This document shows, one piece after another, positions 20,725 to 30,744 of a DNA stretch of 64,000 nucleotides; position 1 is the first letter of the stretch; each line of letters starts with the position of its first letter. Below the pieces are notes generated by a model. The model saw nothing but the letters and a program-made list of their open reading frames with translations, did no database searches and was not told the DNA's origin. Source of the stretch: Spirochaetota bacterium (GTDB lineage Bacteria > Spirochaetota > UBA4802 > UBA5550); the NCBI GenBank assembly GCA_041749375.1, contig JBGTBN010000149.1, positions 3,014 to 67,013 of the forward strand, read 5' to 3'. Both the position numbers and the translations under genes were made by a program.

Positions 20725-21639
20725 TTAATACCGTACCGGGGGAAAATCAATCAGTACGGCCGTCATGTCGTCCTTCTGCTGTTCCGGCCTGCCCATGAAT
20801 CCATACACCGATTCGAAAAGCTCCTGGATCACGAGCTGCGGCATGAGAGTCGTGTGGTCCAGCAGGAGCTGGAGAATCCGTTCTTCACCATACTCGTCGG
20901 TCGGCCTGTCACGGTGGCAGGCCTCGATTATGCCGTCGCTGTAATACAGTATCGAATCGCCCTCGTACAAGACGAAATCGCAGTGAGGCGTCTCGTTGTA
21001 TCTCCCTTCAAGCAGCATGCGGACATCGCTGCTCAGGAGGTTGCCTTTCAACGGGCGCCATCCCTTCTCGTCCCTGTTAAGGTTATAAACTCCAACCACC
21101 TGTTTCTCGAACTTGCGGAGGATGATGGGGAAGAGCATGCTGCGGTTGTAGAACCTGAGATTGAACCGATCGCCGTTATTGCTGATGAAGGTGAAGATTA
21201 CGCATGCGAAATCATGGGAGTTCGAACCCTCCATGATGTCGGTAAACATGGTGCTGATGGTGCGCACCAGGAACTCGGAATCGACCGCGCCGGATTGGTC
21301 GTAGATCTTTTTCGACTCACCGATCGCGATGGTGATCGCCGACCTGAGACGCACGAGGTTCGTATAAGCCGGCAGGCCGTGACCGCTCATATCCGCGAAG
21401 ATGAACAGGTAATTCCCGTCCGGGAGCTGGATCAGGTCGAAATAATCGCCCGAGAGGATCGCCCCGTGAGCACGCTGGAAGCCAATACCCACGTTGAGCT
21501 TCTTACCGTAAAAATTCTGGAAGAGCCCCTTTATGAGGACTTTGTCTTTTTCCCTGATCGTATTGGCTTCTCCGTCAAGAAGCCTGAATTGCCTCAGCTT
21601 TTCACGATCTTCGTTTGAAAACGCTTTGTTATCATTCAT
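20725..21639 (-). CDS. PP2C/SpoIIE-family serine phosphatase
   Basis: FADMSGHGLPAYTNLVRLRS, YSDGIIEA and DDMTAVLIDF. ATG 21639 is preferred over the listed start because it clears the pgi stop (21656). Confidence 0.8.
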   Translation of the reverse strand: MNDNKAFSNEDREKLRQFRLLDGEANTIREKDKVLIKGLFQNFYGKKLNVGIGFQRAHGAILSGDYFDLIQLPDGNYLFIFADMSGHGLPAYTNLVRLRSAITIAIGESKKIYDQSGAVDSEFLVRTISTMFTDIMEGSNSHDFACVIFTFISNNGDRFNLRFYNRSMLFPIILRKFEKQVVGVYNLNRDEKGWRPLKGNLLSSDVRMLLEGRYNETPHCDFVLYEGDSILYYSDGIIEACHRDRPTDEYGEERILQLLLDHTTLMPQLVIQELFESVYGFMGRPEQQKDDMTAVLIDFPPVRY

Positions 21640-21655
21640 ACGTTGCCACGGCAGG

Positions 21656-23290
21656 TCAGGGCCGCTTCTCCCTGCTCCGGTAATACCGAATGAGGCCGTT
21701 CGTCGAGCCGTCATGCGCTGGCTCGCTCGCGTTCCCCGGCTCCAGATCCGGTAAAATCTGCCCCGCCAGCGCCTTCCCCAGCTCTACCCCCCACTGGTCG
21801 AATGAGTAGAGGTCCCAGATTATTCCCTGGGTGAAGATTTTGTGCTCGTACATGGCGATCAGCCCCCCCAGGGTGAACGGCGTCAGCTCATCCGTCATGA
21901 TAGTATTGGTCGGCCTGTTGCCGGAAAACGTCCGGTACGGGATGAGCCGCTCCGGCACCTTTTCGCGGCGCAGCTCTTCCGCGGTCTTACCGAACGCAAG
22001 CGCCCGTGTCTGGGCGAACAGGTTCGACGTGAGCTTGCTGTGATGATCGCCCGTGTCGTTGAGCGACCTCGCAAAGCCGATGAAGTCCGCAGGCACGAGC
22101 TTCGTGCCCTGGTGTAGCAGCTGGTAAAAGGCGTGCTGTCCGTTTGTGCCCGGTTCTCCCCATATGACCGGGCCGGTCTGGTACCCGACGGCGCACCCGG
22201 AGCGGTCAACGCCCTTGCCGTTCGATTCCATGTCCGCCTGCTGGAGGTAGGCCGGGAATCGCTGCAGGTACTGGTCGTACGGAAGGACCGCGTACGACTG
22301 CGCATTGAAAAAATTATTATACCATATACCCAGCATCGCCATGATGACCGGGATATTCTTTTCGAACGGCTCTTTCCTGAAATGGAGGTCCATCTCATGG
22401 AACCCCCGGAGGAGCGACATGAAATTATCCCGGCCTACAGAGATCATAACAGGGAGGCCGATTGCCGAGGTGACCGAGTACCTGCCGCCGACCCAGTCCC
22501 AGAATTCGAACATGTTGGATGTATCGATGCCGAACCGTTTGACCTCTTCGGTGTTTGTCGACACTGCAACGAAATGGAACGGTATTGCTTTCTCGGAGCC
22601 GAGCTTCTCTACCAGCCAGCTCCTGGCTCTGCCCGCATTGGTCATTGTTTCCTGGGTGGTAAAAGTCTTCGATGCCACAATGAACAGGGTGGTGGCAGGA
22701 TCGACGCGTCGAAGTGTCTCCATGATGTGGGTTCCGTCGACATTCGACACGAAGTGGCTTTCAAGATCCCGCATCGAGTAATATTTCAGTGCCTCTGTTA
22801 CCATGCAGGGACCGAGGTCCGAGCCGCCGATGCCTATATTGACGATATGCTTCATCGGCTTTCCGGTAAAACCTTTCCAGGAACCGTCGCGTACGGCATC
22901 TGAAAAGCGCCCCATCCTGTCCAGGACGGAACTCACCCCCGGCATCACATCGGCCCCGTCCATTACAACCGGGCTGCCCGACAGGTTGCGAAGGGCTGTA
23001 TGAAGGACGGCCCTTCCCTCGGTTCCGTTTATCTTTTCCCCGCGGAACATCCTCTCGATCTCTCCTGCAAGGCCGCATGCTTCCGCCAGGCTCGTGAGAA
23101 GCCTCATGGTTTCCCCGGTTATGATATTTTTTGAATAATCAAAATAGTATCCGTTTGCGGTTATGACGAATGATTCCGCCCTGCCGGGATCAGAATCGAA
23201 AAGCTCCCGAATTGTTACGGAACGCATTTTTCTATAATGCTTTTGCAGAAGCCGCCATTCCTTCATTTTCGTTAAATGTATTCGTGACAT
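21656..23290 (-). CDS. pgi: glucose-6-phosphate isomerase
   Basis: [20 protein letters not shown] and [18 protein letters not shown]. Confidence 0.93.
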   Translation of the reverse strand: MSRIHLTKMKEWRLLQKHYRKMRSVTIRELFDSDPGRAESFVITANGYYFDYSKNIITGETMRLLTSLAEACGLAGEIERMFRGEKINGTEGRAVLHTALRNLSGSPVVMDGADVMPGVSSVLDRMGRFSDAVRDGSWKGFTGKPMKHIVNIGIGGSDLGPCMVTEALKYYSMRDLESHFVSNVDGTHIMETLRRVDPATTLFIVASKTFTTQETMTNAGRARSWLVEKLGSEKAIPFHFVAVSTNTEEVKRFGIDTSNMFEFWDWVGGRYSVTSAIGLPVMISVGRDNFMSLLRGFHEMDLHFRKEPFEKNIPVIMAMLGIWYNNFFNAQSYAVLPYDQYLQRFPAYLQQADMESNGKGVDRSGCAVGYQTGPVIWGEPGTNGQHAFYQLLHQGTKLVPADFIGFARSLNDTGDHHSKLTSNLFAQTRALAFGKTAEELRREKVPERLIPYRTFSGNRPTNTIMTDELTPFTLGGLIAMYEHKIFTQGIIWDLYSFDQWGVELGKALAGQILPDLEPGNASEPAHDGSTNGLIRYYRSREKRP

Positions 23291-23363
23291 ATCATCCCCC
23301 GGTCACTCCCTGCTGCACGATTGAAGCGTATAGTAACCGCAATTAATTCAAGAGTCAAGAAAT

Positions 23364-24140
23364 TTAATCTTTGTCCGCACGCGTCGCATTCCAGCGGCAC
23401 ATTGCAGAGAGACAGCATGCTTCGCACAGCGGTTTCTTTTTACAAAAGTCCTTCCCATGGGCGACGATTAGCGCATGGTATTCATTATACTCGGCCGCGT
23501 TTCCCCTGAAGTGTCGATGGAACAGCGCCTGTATATCATGATATTTTACGGCACCGGTAAGCACTCCGAGCCTGGTGAAGATTCGCACTGTATATGCATC
23601 AACAACGAATAGTTTCGCACCGAGCGCGTACAGGAGGATCGAGTCTGCCGTCTCCGGTCCAATGCCGTTCACCGACAGGAGCTCATTGCGGACTGTCAGC
23701 ATGTCCATTTCCCTGAGCAACCGCCAGTCAAAACTGCGGGTCTCGTACCATTTAATAAAATTGCGTATCTTTTTAGCTTTCTGGTTATAATACCCGGTCG
23801 ATGTTATCAACCCGGCCAGTCGCGCCGGCCTCATCCTGAATAGTGTCACAGGATTCAATAAACCTTTCTGTTTTAATACGGTGAGGACCGAATCGACATT
23901 CTTCCAGGAAACATTCTGGGTGAGTATTGCTCCTACGGCTATCTCAAAGAAATCCGCGGCCGAGCGAGGGGCCCCTGCATGGTATTCGCCCGTACCGAGC
24001 TTCGTGTTGACTATCGGCCACCAGCCCTGCGGCCCATGAAAAGAGAGCAGACGCCTGTACACCGCACGGAAAAGGTTCGAATGCCCCCGTTTCCGTCCGG
24101 GCGGCGTATCGCGCCCGGGCTCTTCCGGTCTTGCCCGCAT
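23364..24140 (-). CDS. endonuclease III-related HhH-GPD protein with Fe-S cluster
   Basis: HhH segment LLSVNGIGPETADSILLYA and a C-terminal cysteine cluster CKKKPLCEACCLSAMC. Confidence 0.8.
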   Translation of the reverse strand: MRARPEEPGRDTPPGRKRGHSNLFRAVYRRLLSFHGPQGWWPIVNTKLGTGEYHAGAPRSAADFFEIAVGAILTQNVSWKNVDSVLTVLKQKGLLNPVTLFRMRPARLAGLITSTGYYNQKAKKIRNFIKWYETRSFDWRLLREMDMLTVRNELLSVNGIGPETADSILLYALGAKLFVVDAYTVRIFTRLGVLTGAVKYHDIQALFHRHFRGNAAEYNEYHALIVAHGKDFCKKKPLCEACCLSAMCRWNATRADKD

Positions 24141-24142
24141 CG

Positions 24143-24646
24143 TCAGCTGACTGGCACCCGTTTCGATTCCTGCTGGTCCACAAGCACAACGCCGTCTTCC
24201 TTGTACTTCTTCAATAAAAAGTGGGACACGGTTGATTGAACCCCCTGGATGGTGGCAAGCTTTTCCGACACGAACAGGGCGACCTCGCGCAGGCTTTCGC
24301 CTTCCACCTGGACCAGCAGATCGTATCCGCCGGACATCAGGAACGCCGAGGTCACCTCGGGAAAGCGGTAAATCGACTCGGCGACCGAATCGAACCCGAC
24401 CTTCCGCTCCGGTATGATCTTGACCTCTATAATCGCCTTGACCTCGTTGAGTCGTATTCTCTGCCAGTTAATATCGGTGTGGTAACCGAGAATGATCCTG
24501 TCTTCCTCGAATTTTTTTATGTAGCTCTTTACCCTGTCTGCAGGTATATCCACCTGCTTGGCGATCTCCGCCGGGTCCGCTTTTGCGTGCTTGTGTAATA
24601 TCTCAAGAATACGTTCGCCGGTTTCATCAACTTTATACGGTTTCAT
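24143..24646 (-). CDS. Lrp/AsnC-family transcriptional regulator
   Basis: N-terminal HTH (ILEILHKHAKADPAEIAKQVDIPADRVKSYIKKFEE) plus a C-terminal RAM-like domain. Confidence 0.88.
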   Translation of the reverse strand: MKPYKVDETGERILEILHKHAKADPAEIAKQVDIPADRVKSYIKKFEEDRIILGYHTDINWQRIRLNEVKAIIEVKIIPERKVGFDSVAESIYRFPEVTSAFLMSGGYDLLVQVEGESLREVALFVSEKLATIQGVQSTVSHFLLKKYKEDGVVLVDQQESKRVPVS

Positions 24647-25647
24647 CGGGCATTCTCCTTAACGGTGAAATATAATGAATCTCGATTATTCATGACATAG
24701 TCTTCAAGGGCCGCATCCCATCGGCACGGCCGCAACCCGGTACAATCCTCAAACTTTTTCGTATCGAGGACATTATATAACGGACGATCGGCTGGCGCAA
24801 GAATTTCATCGTTCCGGACCAGTTTAATTACACCTTTTTCAGCTCCCTCTCCGTTGCGGCCGGCAAGTTCAAGCGCTTTCTCTGCAAATTCAGCGGCCAT
24901 TACCGTGCCGGCCGCGCTAAAATGGAAAACGCCCATTGCTCCGCGGGTTATAAGGGCCGATACCGCCCTGGCCGCATCGATGGTCCTTGTGGGAGCTATC
25001 ACCTGTCCTTCGACCAAGGTCACTCCATGCTCTCCGTTCCCCGGACCCATGCCGTGGTTGAAAAGCGGAATTCCGTCCCCATAGAGATATGGCAAGCGCA
25101 CGGTAAGACTCCGGCATCCCGATTCGGCGATGAGCTTCTCGCCCAGGCTTTTCGAATCACCGTACACGTTCACCGGGTCATGTGGGTCTTCCTCGCGTCC
25201 TGGTGCTCCGCTCCGGCCGCTGAACACGGACGATGACCCGAGTGTAACAAGCAGTATGTCCCGATCACGGCACAGGGATGCGAGGGTATTCATCATGAGT
25301 CCGTTGACCGCATAGGCGGTTTCCCTCTCGTATTCGGCCCTGTCGATATCCCCGTATTCGATGCAATTCAGGATGACATCAGGGTTGCTGTCGCTGATGG
25401 CCTTTTCGAGATAAGCGCGATCGGCATAGGTGGAGCGATCAACGAACGCACGCTCAACAGTGCCGGACTCATGTAATAGTGAATGGAAGATGTTTCCCGG
25501 GGTATAGGCTGAGATCGCGTTGTCTGTAGTGTCGAGTATCAGAAGCATGGAGCGGAATGGTACTGTCAATCCCCGTTTACGGTTACCGGTGTTCCTGCTC
25601 CGGAATAACGCTTCATCTCGGTACGTTATTCCGACCGGAACATTCAA
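24643..25647 (-). CDS. RmlD-like SDR-fold protein with degenerate nucleotide-binding motif
   Basis: VYGDSKSLGE (YxxxK) and LGSSSVFSG resemble dTDP-4-dehydrorhamnose reductase. The expected GxxGxxG position reads LILDTTDNAISAY. Confidence 0.6.
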   Translation of the reverse strand: MNVPVGITYRDEALFRSRNTGNRKRGLTVPFRSMLLILDTTDNAISAYTPGNIFHSLLHESGTVERAFVDRSTYADRAYLEKAISDSNPDVILNCIEYGDIDRAEYERETAYAVNGLMMNTLASLCRDRDILLVTLGSSSVFSGRSGAPGREEDPHDPVNVYGDSKSLGEKLIAESGCRSLTVRLPYLYGDGIPLFNHGMGPGNGEHGVTLVEGQVIAPTRTIDAARAVSALITRGAMGVFHFSAAGTVMAAEFAEKALELAGRNGEGAEKGVIKLVRNDEILAPADRPLYNVLDTKKFEDCTGLRPCRWDAALEDYVMNNRDSLYFTVKENAR

Positions 25648-25741
25648 TCCAGTGCCTGTTTCTCTGTCTCACGTTAGCGTATTACGTAAACCCGGGTGTG
25701 ATCCTTCGGGTAACGGCACAGGTAAGAGGATTGACGTTTTG

Positions 25742-25954
25742 TCAGTCCTTTTTCTCCTCATTCGATTCAGGCTTTTTGTCTTCCGCTTCGCCGGAGATGG
25801 ACTTCTTAAACTCTCTGATCCCGTGTCCAAGATCTTTCGCTATTTTAGGCAGTTTATTCGCTCCAAATACGAGCAGAACGATAACGAGGATGATTACCAG
25901 TTCCTGCGTGCCTATGGGGCCGAAAATTGCAAGATTTACAGGTGCATGTATCAT
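25742..25954 (-). CDS. tatA: twin-arginine translocase TatA/E
   Basis: [41 protein letters not shown], with GGAGG 8 nt upstream of the ATG. Confidence 0.85.
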   Translation of the reverse strand: MIHAPVNLAIFGPIGTQELVIILVIVLLVFGANKLPKIAKDLGHGIREFKKSISGEAEDKKPESNEEKKD

Positions 25955-26073
25955 TAAAAAACCTCCGCACTAACCAGTGCCAAGAATATGGAAAATTAAG
26001 TCATTTACTTTGACAACAATGTCTTTGTCAAATTAAATTCCGGGGTGTTACATGGAATATGGGTTTTTCCGCT

Positions 26074-27798
26074 TCAAACTGCGGGGCTGAACCGAATGAT
26101 CTTCTCGTCCGGGTCTTCGTAGTACTTGACGTTATCAATGGGGCTTTCAAGGCGCTTGGTGTTCTTCTTGATGCTGATTATGGTGCCCGGGTACGCCTTG
26201 TTCTTGATAATGATACAGGGCTCTCGCTCCAGCTTGAGCTTGTCCATTATCTCCTTGCTCTGCTCCATCATTTTTTTCAATTCCTTGTTGTTGGCGCTCA
26301 GTTCCTTGAGCATGAGGAGACAGCTTTTCTGCTTTGCAGGGATCAGCTTGGCTATGAATTCCTTCGGGTTATCGAACACCGCTTCTCCGAAGCTCACCTT
26401 CAGTTTTCGGATGGTTTCGTCGACCGCCGTGCGCCATTTCGTAATTTCCTTGTGTATGGCCGTCAGTTCTTTTTCTATGAAAAGGTTCCTGCCGACAATC
26501 AGCTGTGTCTCCGTTTCGTTGGGGGATCCGGAAACATTCACCTGTATCTCGTAAAGCGCCGTGGCCTTTCCGCCGATGATCTTGCCCTGGCGCGCGATTA
26601 CGCTGATCTTCGTGTTCGAAAATACATCTGAGTTGATGATCGAATCCTCAACGACGATATCGCCCGCGGCCTCGACATTTGCATTGAGCAGGTACTTGAC
26701 CGTGATCTTGCCATTCGCCGAAAGCTTGACGTTTTCCTTGCCCACGACTCCCATCTTGACGGTGATATCTCCCTGCGCGTCGATGAACGCGTCATCCACG
26801 TTTTTATCAATGATAATGTCACCCCGCGCCTTCACCGTAAATCCGGGAAGGACGGATCCGGTTATATGGACCGATCCGTCAAAATCGATGTTGCCGGTGT
26901 CATAATTCACATCGCCATGTATGAAGGCTACGGGGAGTACTGATATCTTTTTACCGTCAACGTCAACGCAGCCATCGAGAGAGGATACGAAGATATTCTC
27001 GTCTTCCTTTCCCTGTTCGATGTTATCGCCCTTGTAATAGCCGTCATGGCGCAGGAAATCCGCGAATATTTTATCGCCGAACACGTCATACCCGTCAGCC
27101 GGCTTTACCGCGGGAACGCGCTTGAGAATGTCCTGGAATTTTTTTATTTCGATGATGGAACCGACTTCCTTGAAGTCAATACTGCCATCGGACTTTATCT
27201 CACCCGCTTTCTTTTTCAGATTTATAAGCGGCAGGAAATACTCTTCGTGCCCGTGTGCCGGCTCCCTCCCCTGTGCTATGAGAATCCTGGTGAAGCGGGG
27301 ATTTCCCAGCTCGATGGCCCTCAGCTGTTCTTCAATCTTATCCTGCTCTATCCTCGCCAGTATCTTGTACCCGTGCAGCGCTTCCTCAATGTCAGAATAC
27401 GAAGGCAACTTGCCAGTCTTTGTCGGGTATACCGAGTAATATGCTTTTGATTTGTCCTTGCTTATCGATAGCGGGGATAACCACCTGATCTTCTGTCCGT
27501 CAAATACCACGAACCCATACGCCGAGGCCTTGTAACACTGGTTCGATTCGTCAAAGTAGATGCCGGTGTCCGCTTTTATCGTTTGGAAATCGATGATATT
27601 GTAATAATCATACCCGGGGTCCAGCCGCGTCGGTATCTGCTCTTCCGTGTCAATTGTGATTACGCGCGCCACAATTTCAGATGCATATACGAAATTCTTC
27701 GGGGAGGAGAGAACGAGCTTCTTTTCTCCCTCTTCGGTAATTGTCTCGGTCAGGATCTTGTTGACCGTGGGATCAAAATATATAATAATCTTTTTCAT
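26074..27798 (-). CDS. FapA-family (DUF342) protein
   Basis: Characteristic beta-helix repeats GNIDFDGSVHITGSVLPGFTVKARGDIIID...VEAAGDIVVEDSIINSDV and a C-terminal coiled coil. Confidence 0.8.
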   Translation of the reverse strand: MKKIIIYFDPTVNKILTETITEEGEKKLVLSSPKNFVYASEIVARVITIDTEEQIPTRLDPGYDYYNIIDFQTIKADTGIYFDESNQCYKASAYGFVVFDGQKIRWLSPLSISKDKSKAYYSVYPTKTGKLPSYSDIEEALHGYKILARIEQDKIEEQLRAIELGNPRFTRILIAQGREPAHGHEEYFLPLINLKKKAGEIKSDGSIDFKEVGSIIEIKKFQDILKRVPAVKPADGYDVFGDKIFADFLRHDGYYKGDNIEQGKEDENIFVSSLDGCVDVDGKKISVLPVAFIHGDVNYDTGNIDFDGSVHITGSVLPGFTVKARGDIIIDKNVDDAFIDAQGDITVKMGVVGKENVKLSANGKITVKYLLNANVEAAGDIVVEDSIINSDVFSNTKISVIARQGKIIGGKATALYEIQVNVSGSPNETETQLIVGRNLFIEKELTAIHKEITKWRTAVDETIRKLKVSFGEAVFDNPKEFIAKLIPAKQKSCLLMLKELSANNKELKKMMEQSKEIMDKLKLEREPCIIIKNKAYPGTIISIKKNTKRLESPIDNVKYYEDPDEKIIRFSPAV

Positions 27799-28027
27799 GG
27801 TTATTGTGATTACTGCAGAGCGGTATCAGACCCCGCGCCATCCTGTATTAGGTATAATAGAATCATAATAAATGATCTATTATTCAATCTATTATAATTT
27901 TCGTATAAAATGGCAAAATAAATTAGCAAATGACACGTAAATTGGAGGAATTTATCCTGTATTGGTCGATACTGCCTGGATTTTCCGGATAAAACGTCAT
28001 AAATCAACCCATGATTTGTTCAATCAT

Positions 28028-28067
28028 AAAAAAAAGCCCTTCCCGTGATTTACGGGAAGAGCTTTTT
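28028..28067 (-). terminator. rho-independent terminator after asd
   Basis: The reverse strand reads gctCTTCCCGTaaatcACGGGAAGggc followed by T8; it lies about 25 nt after the asd stop. Confidence 0.7.
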
Positions 28068-28089
28068 GGCAAGGCAACATTGATTCCTG

Positions 28090-29106
28090 TTATTTGAACA
28101 TCCCTTTCTGTATCATCAATTCAGCTATCTGTACCGCGTTGAGAGCCGCGCCCTTTCGTATATTATCGGATACAATCCACATGTTTATGCCGTTCGGGAT
28201 CGAGTCATCCGCACGTATACGGCCGACATAGGTGTCATCCGTCCCGGCGGCATTTATGGCCATCGGATACTCGCTCTTCGCTGGATTATCCACTACTTTC
28301 ACGCCAGGCGCCCTGCTCAATAATTCCCGTACCTCGTCCGGGGTGATCTTTTTTTCAGTCTCGATATTGACCGATTCCGAATGGCCGTAGAGCACTGGTA
28401 CGCGCACCGTGGTCGCGGTGACACGGATGGAATCATCGCCCATGATCTTCCTGGTCTCGTTGACCATTTTCATCTCTTCCTTCGTATAGCCGTTATCCAG
28501 GAATACGTCGATCTGCGGCAGCGCGTTGAAGGCGATCTGGTGCGGATACACTTTCCGCTGCGATATAGGCCTGTCGTTGACGATGTCTCTCGTCTGGATA
28601 AGGCATTCCTCGATTGCCTTGAGACCGGTCCCGGAAACGGCCTGGTACGTGCTGACAACTATCCGCTTGATTCGGGCCGCGTCATGGATCGGCTTTAACG
28701 CAACGACCATCTGTATAGTCGAACAATTCGGGTTTGCTATTATGCCTTTGTGCCATGAAACATCGTCAGGGTTAACCTCCGGCACGACAAGCGGTACTTC
28801 GGGGTCCATTCGCCACGCGGAGCTGTTGTCCACAACGACGCATCCCTCCTCGGCAGCGCGCTTCGCCACCTTTTTGCTGATATCGCCGCCGGCGGAAAAG
28901 AGGCCTATGTCAAAGCCCTTGAAGCAACCATCCACAACCGGCTCCACCGTGATCTTCCGGCCTCCGAAATCAATCTCTTTACCGACCGTGGTGAGCCCAA
29001 GAAAACGTATGGTATCAATCGGGAACTTCCGTTCCTGCAATATTTTCCTGAATTCGATACCCACCGCGCCGGTGGCGCCGAGTATGACTACATTGTATTT
29101 TTTCAC
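28090..29106 (-). CDS. asd: aspartate-semialdehyde dehydrogenase
   Basis: VVILGATGAVG, active-site NPNCSTI and QAVSGTG. GTG start with AAGGAG 7 nt upstream. Confidence 0.93.
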   Translation of the reverse strand: MKKYNVVILGATGAVGIEFRKILQERKFPIDTIRFLGLTTVGKEIDFGGRKITVEPVVDGCFKGFDIGLFSAGGDISKKVAKRAAEEGCVVVDNSSAWRMDPEVPLVVPEVNPDDVSWHKGIIANPNCSTIQMVVALKPIHDAARIKRIVVSTYQAVSGTGLKAIEECLIQTRDIVNDRPISQRKVYPHQIAFNALPQIDVFLDNGYTKEEMKMVNETRKIMGDDSIRVTATTVRVPVLYGHSESVNIETEKKITPDEVRELLSRAPGVKVVDNPAKSEYPMAINAAGTDDTYVGRIRADDSIPNGINMWIVSDNIRKGAALNAVQIAELMIQKGMFK

Positions 29107-29215
29107 CGCCGAACTCCTTGATCATTTGTACGGGTCCCTGTTGATTGGTACCGCCCGTGATATGCATGAGGCATTAATATAAATTCCCGGTAATTGTCAA
29201 GAATATTGTGCAATA

Positions 29216-29512
29216 CTAAAGCTCTATTCTCCTCTTTGATTCGTCGCGGGATTGCCTGAAGACTATGGCGATATTACCGATGAGGTTGAGCAGTTCCGCG
29301 CCGGTCTCGGCCGCAATCCGTTCGAGAAAACCACGCTTCTCATCCTTGAAGTCAATGAACTTGATCTTGATCAACTCATGGTCGTCGAGGGCCTGTTCGA
29401 CCGCTGAAATCAGTCCGGTGGTTATCCCGTTCTTTCCTATGTATACCACCGGCTTCAGGTGATGCGCAAGGGACTTTAGTTTACGTTTCTGTTTTCCGCT
29501 GAGCTCCGTCAT
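29216..29512 (-). CDS. yhbY: ribosome-assembly RNA-binding protein YhbY (CRS1/YhbY domain)
   Basis: LSGKQKRKLKSLAHHLKPVVYIGKNGITTGLISAVEQALDDHELIKIKF. Confidence 0.85.
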   Translation of the reverse strand: MTELSGKQKRKLKSLAHHLKPVVYIGKNGITTGLISAVEQALDDHELIKIKFIDFKDEKRGFLERIAAETGAELLNLIGNIAIVFRQSRDESKRRIEL

Positions 29513-29596
29513 CTGCTGCCTGTTTTCCTCTGCCCAAATTTCAAATCCAGATGATGGGAAAAGCCGGGGGATAATTTGGCAAGTGTTTTTCGATAT

Positions 29597-29624
29597 AAAA
29601 AAACTCCGTTGACGGAGTTTTTTA
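29597..29624 (-). terminator. rho-independent terminator after the 148-aa lipoprotein gene
   Basis: aaaaaaACTCCGttgaCGGAGTttttt, with symmetric A/T flanks; 9 nt from the stop at 29633. Confidence 0.6.
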
Positions 29625-29632
29625 CGGCGGCT

Positions 29633-30079
29633 TTAAAAGGTTCCGTGGTTATCCAGATCAAAATTGAGGATCATTATTTCAGTATCCGCCACTGGCAAAG
29701 GATTGAGGCTATCGCTGGTGCGATCGATCTTACCCTGCCAGCCCTGGTAGAAATCAACGCCGGGCGTTGGCAGGCCATCGCCGTCCGCATCATACCATAC
29801 CTCAAAAAAGAGCGGGTAATCACCGACGTTGAGCTGGGGTGTAATCACCGAGCTCATGGGGAAACCAAGCGACATCCAGGGCGTTGCCCAGTCATTCGCG
29901 ACATAGAACACGATATAGATTTTATTCGCACTGCTCACGGGATAGGTAACTTCATCAAGCTTGACGTTCAGAATCAATTGCGGGATTTTCGCCTTTGTCG
30001 AATCGCATCCGGGGGCCGCAAAAACGGCTGCCGTTATCAGTAATGCCAGTCCCGATGTAATGGCTCTTTTCTTTATCAT
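29633..30079 (-). CDS. hypothetical exported/lipoprotein-like protein (paralog A)
   Basis: Signal peptide ending AAPGC. Shares YIVFYVANDWATPWMSLGF...WYDADGDGLPTPG with the upstream neighbour. Confidence 0.6.
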   Translation of the reverse strand: MIKKRAITSGLALLITAAVFAAPGCDSTKAKIPQLILNVKLDEVTYPVSSANKIYIVFYVANDWATPWMSLGFPMSSVITPQLNVGDYPLFFEVWYDADGDGLPTPGVDFYQGWQGKIDRTSDSLNPLPVADTEIMILNFDLDNHGTF

Positions 30080-30104
30080 GCCAGCTCCCGTGCATCTCCC
30101 AGTT

Positions 30105-30590
30105 TTAATAGGTTATTCCCACATCAAGCGTGATCGTGATCTCACGCCATTCGAGCGGAAAAAATACAATTTCCGTCATTTCCTCCGGGAAGGGAAGAAC
30201 GGAATGGTTCGCGTTTACATAACCCGTGCACGGTTCTCCAGGGTCAAGCATACCATTCCCGTTAGTTGCTGGTGTTGAGCCGTCTGCCTGGGCATCCCAG
30301 AATGCAGCCACATAGGTTGAAAAGGTGCCGACCACGGGATTGATGAGGGTTCGTGAATTCGCTCCAAACTGCAGCCAGGGGCTAAGCCACGTGCTGTCTA
30401 CGTAGAACATGAGATAAGCTTTGTTAGTATCATCAATGATAATGGTTGATTCAGACCCTGCCGCAATATCAATATGCACAATAAGTACTGGCGACTGGTC
30501 ATCAACATCATCCATATTGCCGCATGAATTAAGTCCGGCGAGTGCTGATATGGCTATAATGAGCCCGAGTACTATTGCATGCTTTTTCAC
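30105..30590 (-). CDS. hypothetical exported/lipoprotein-like protein (paralog B)
   Basis: Signal peptide ending GLNSC. YLMFYVDSTWLSPWLQFGA...FWDAQADGSTPATNG aligns with paralog A. Confidence 0.6.
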   Translation of the reverse strand: MKKHAIVLGLIIAISALAGLNSCGNMDDVDDQSPVLIVHIDIAAGSESTIIIDDTNKAYLMFYVDSTWLSPWLQFGANSRTLINPVVGTFSTYVAAFWDAQADGSTPATNGNGMLDPGEPCTGYVNANHSVLPFPEEMTEIVFFPLEWREITITLDVGITY

Positions 30591-30744
30591 TGTTTTTTCC
30601 TGAGCATTACATCTGCTATATACATTATCTTAATATTTGTTTATTAATTTAATACTTAAATGCTCTCATGTCAAAAAAATATTGTAAGGTCAGACAGGAA
30701 AGAATATAATTGCATCGTATCATTTATACCTGAACTAATATACC

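Noticed and set aside
26009-26032. 8-bp inverted repeat TTTGACAA-N8-TTGTCAAA between fapA and tatA
   Set aside because: It is short and has no T-run, and it contains promoter-like TTGACA hexamers. It could be an operator or a -35 element for tatA, but that cannot be separated from chance.
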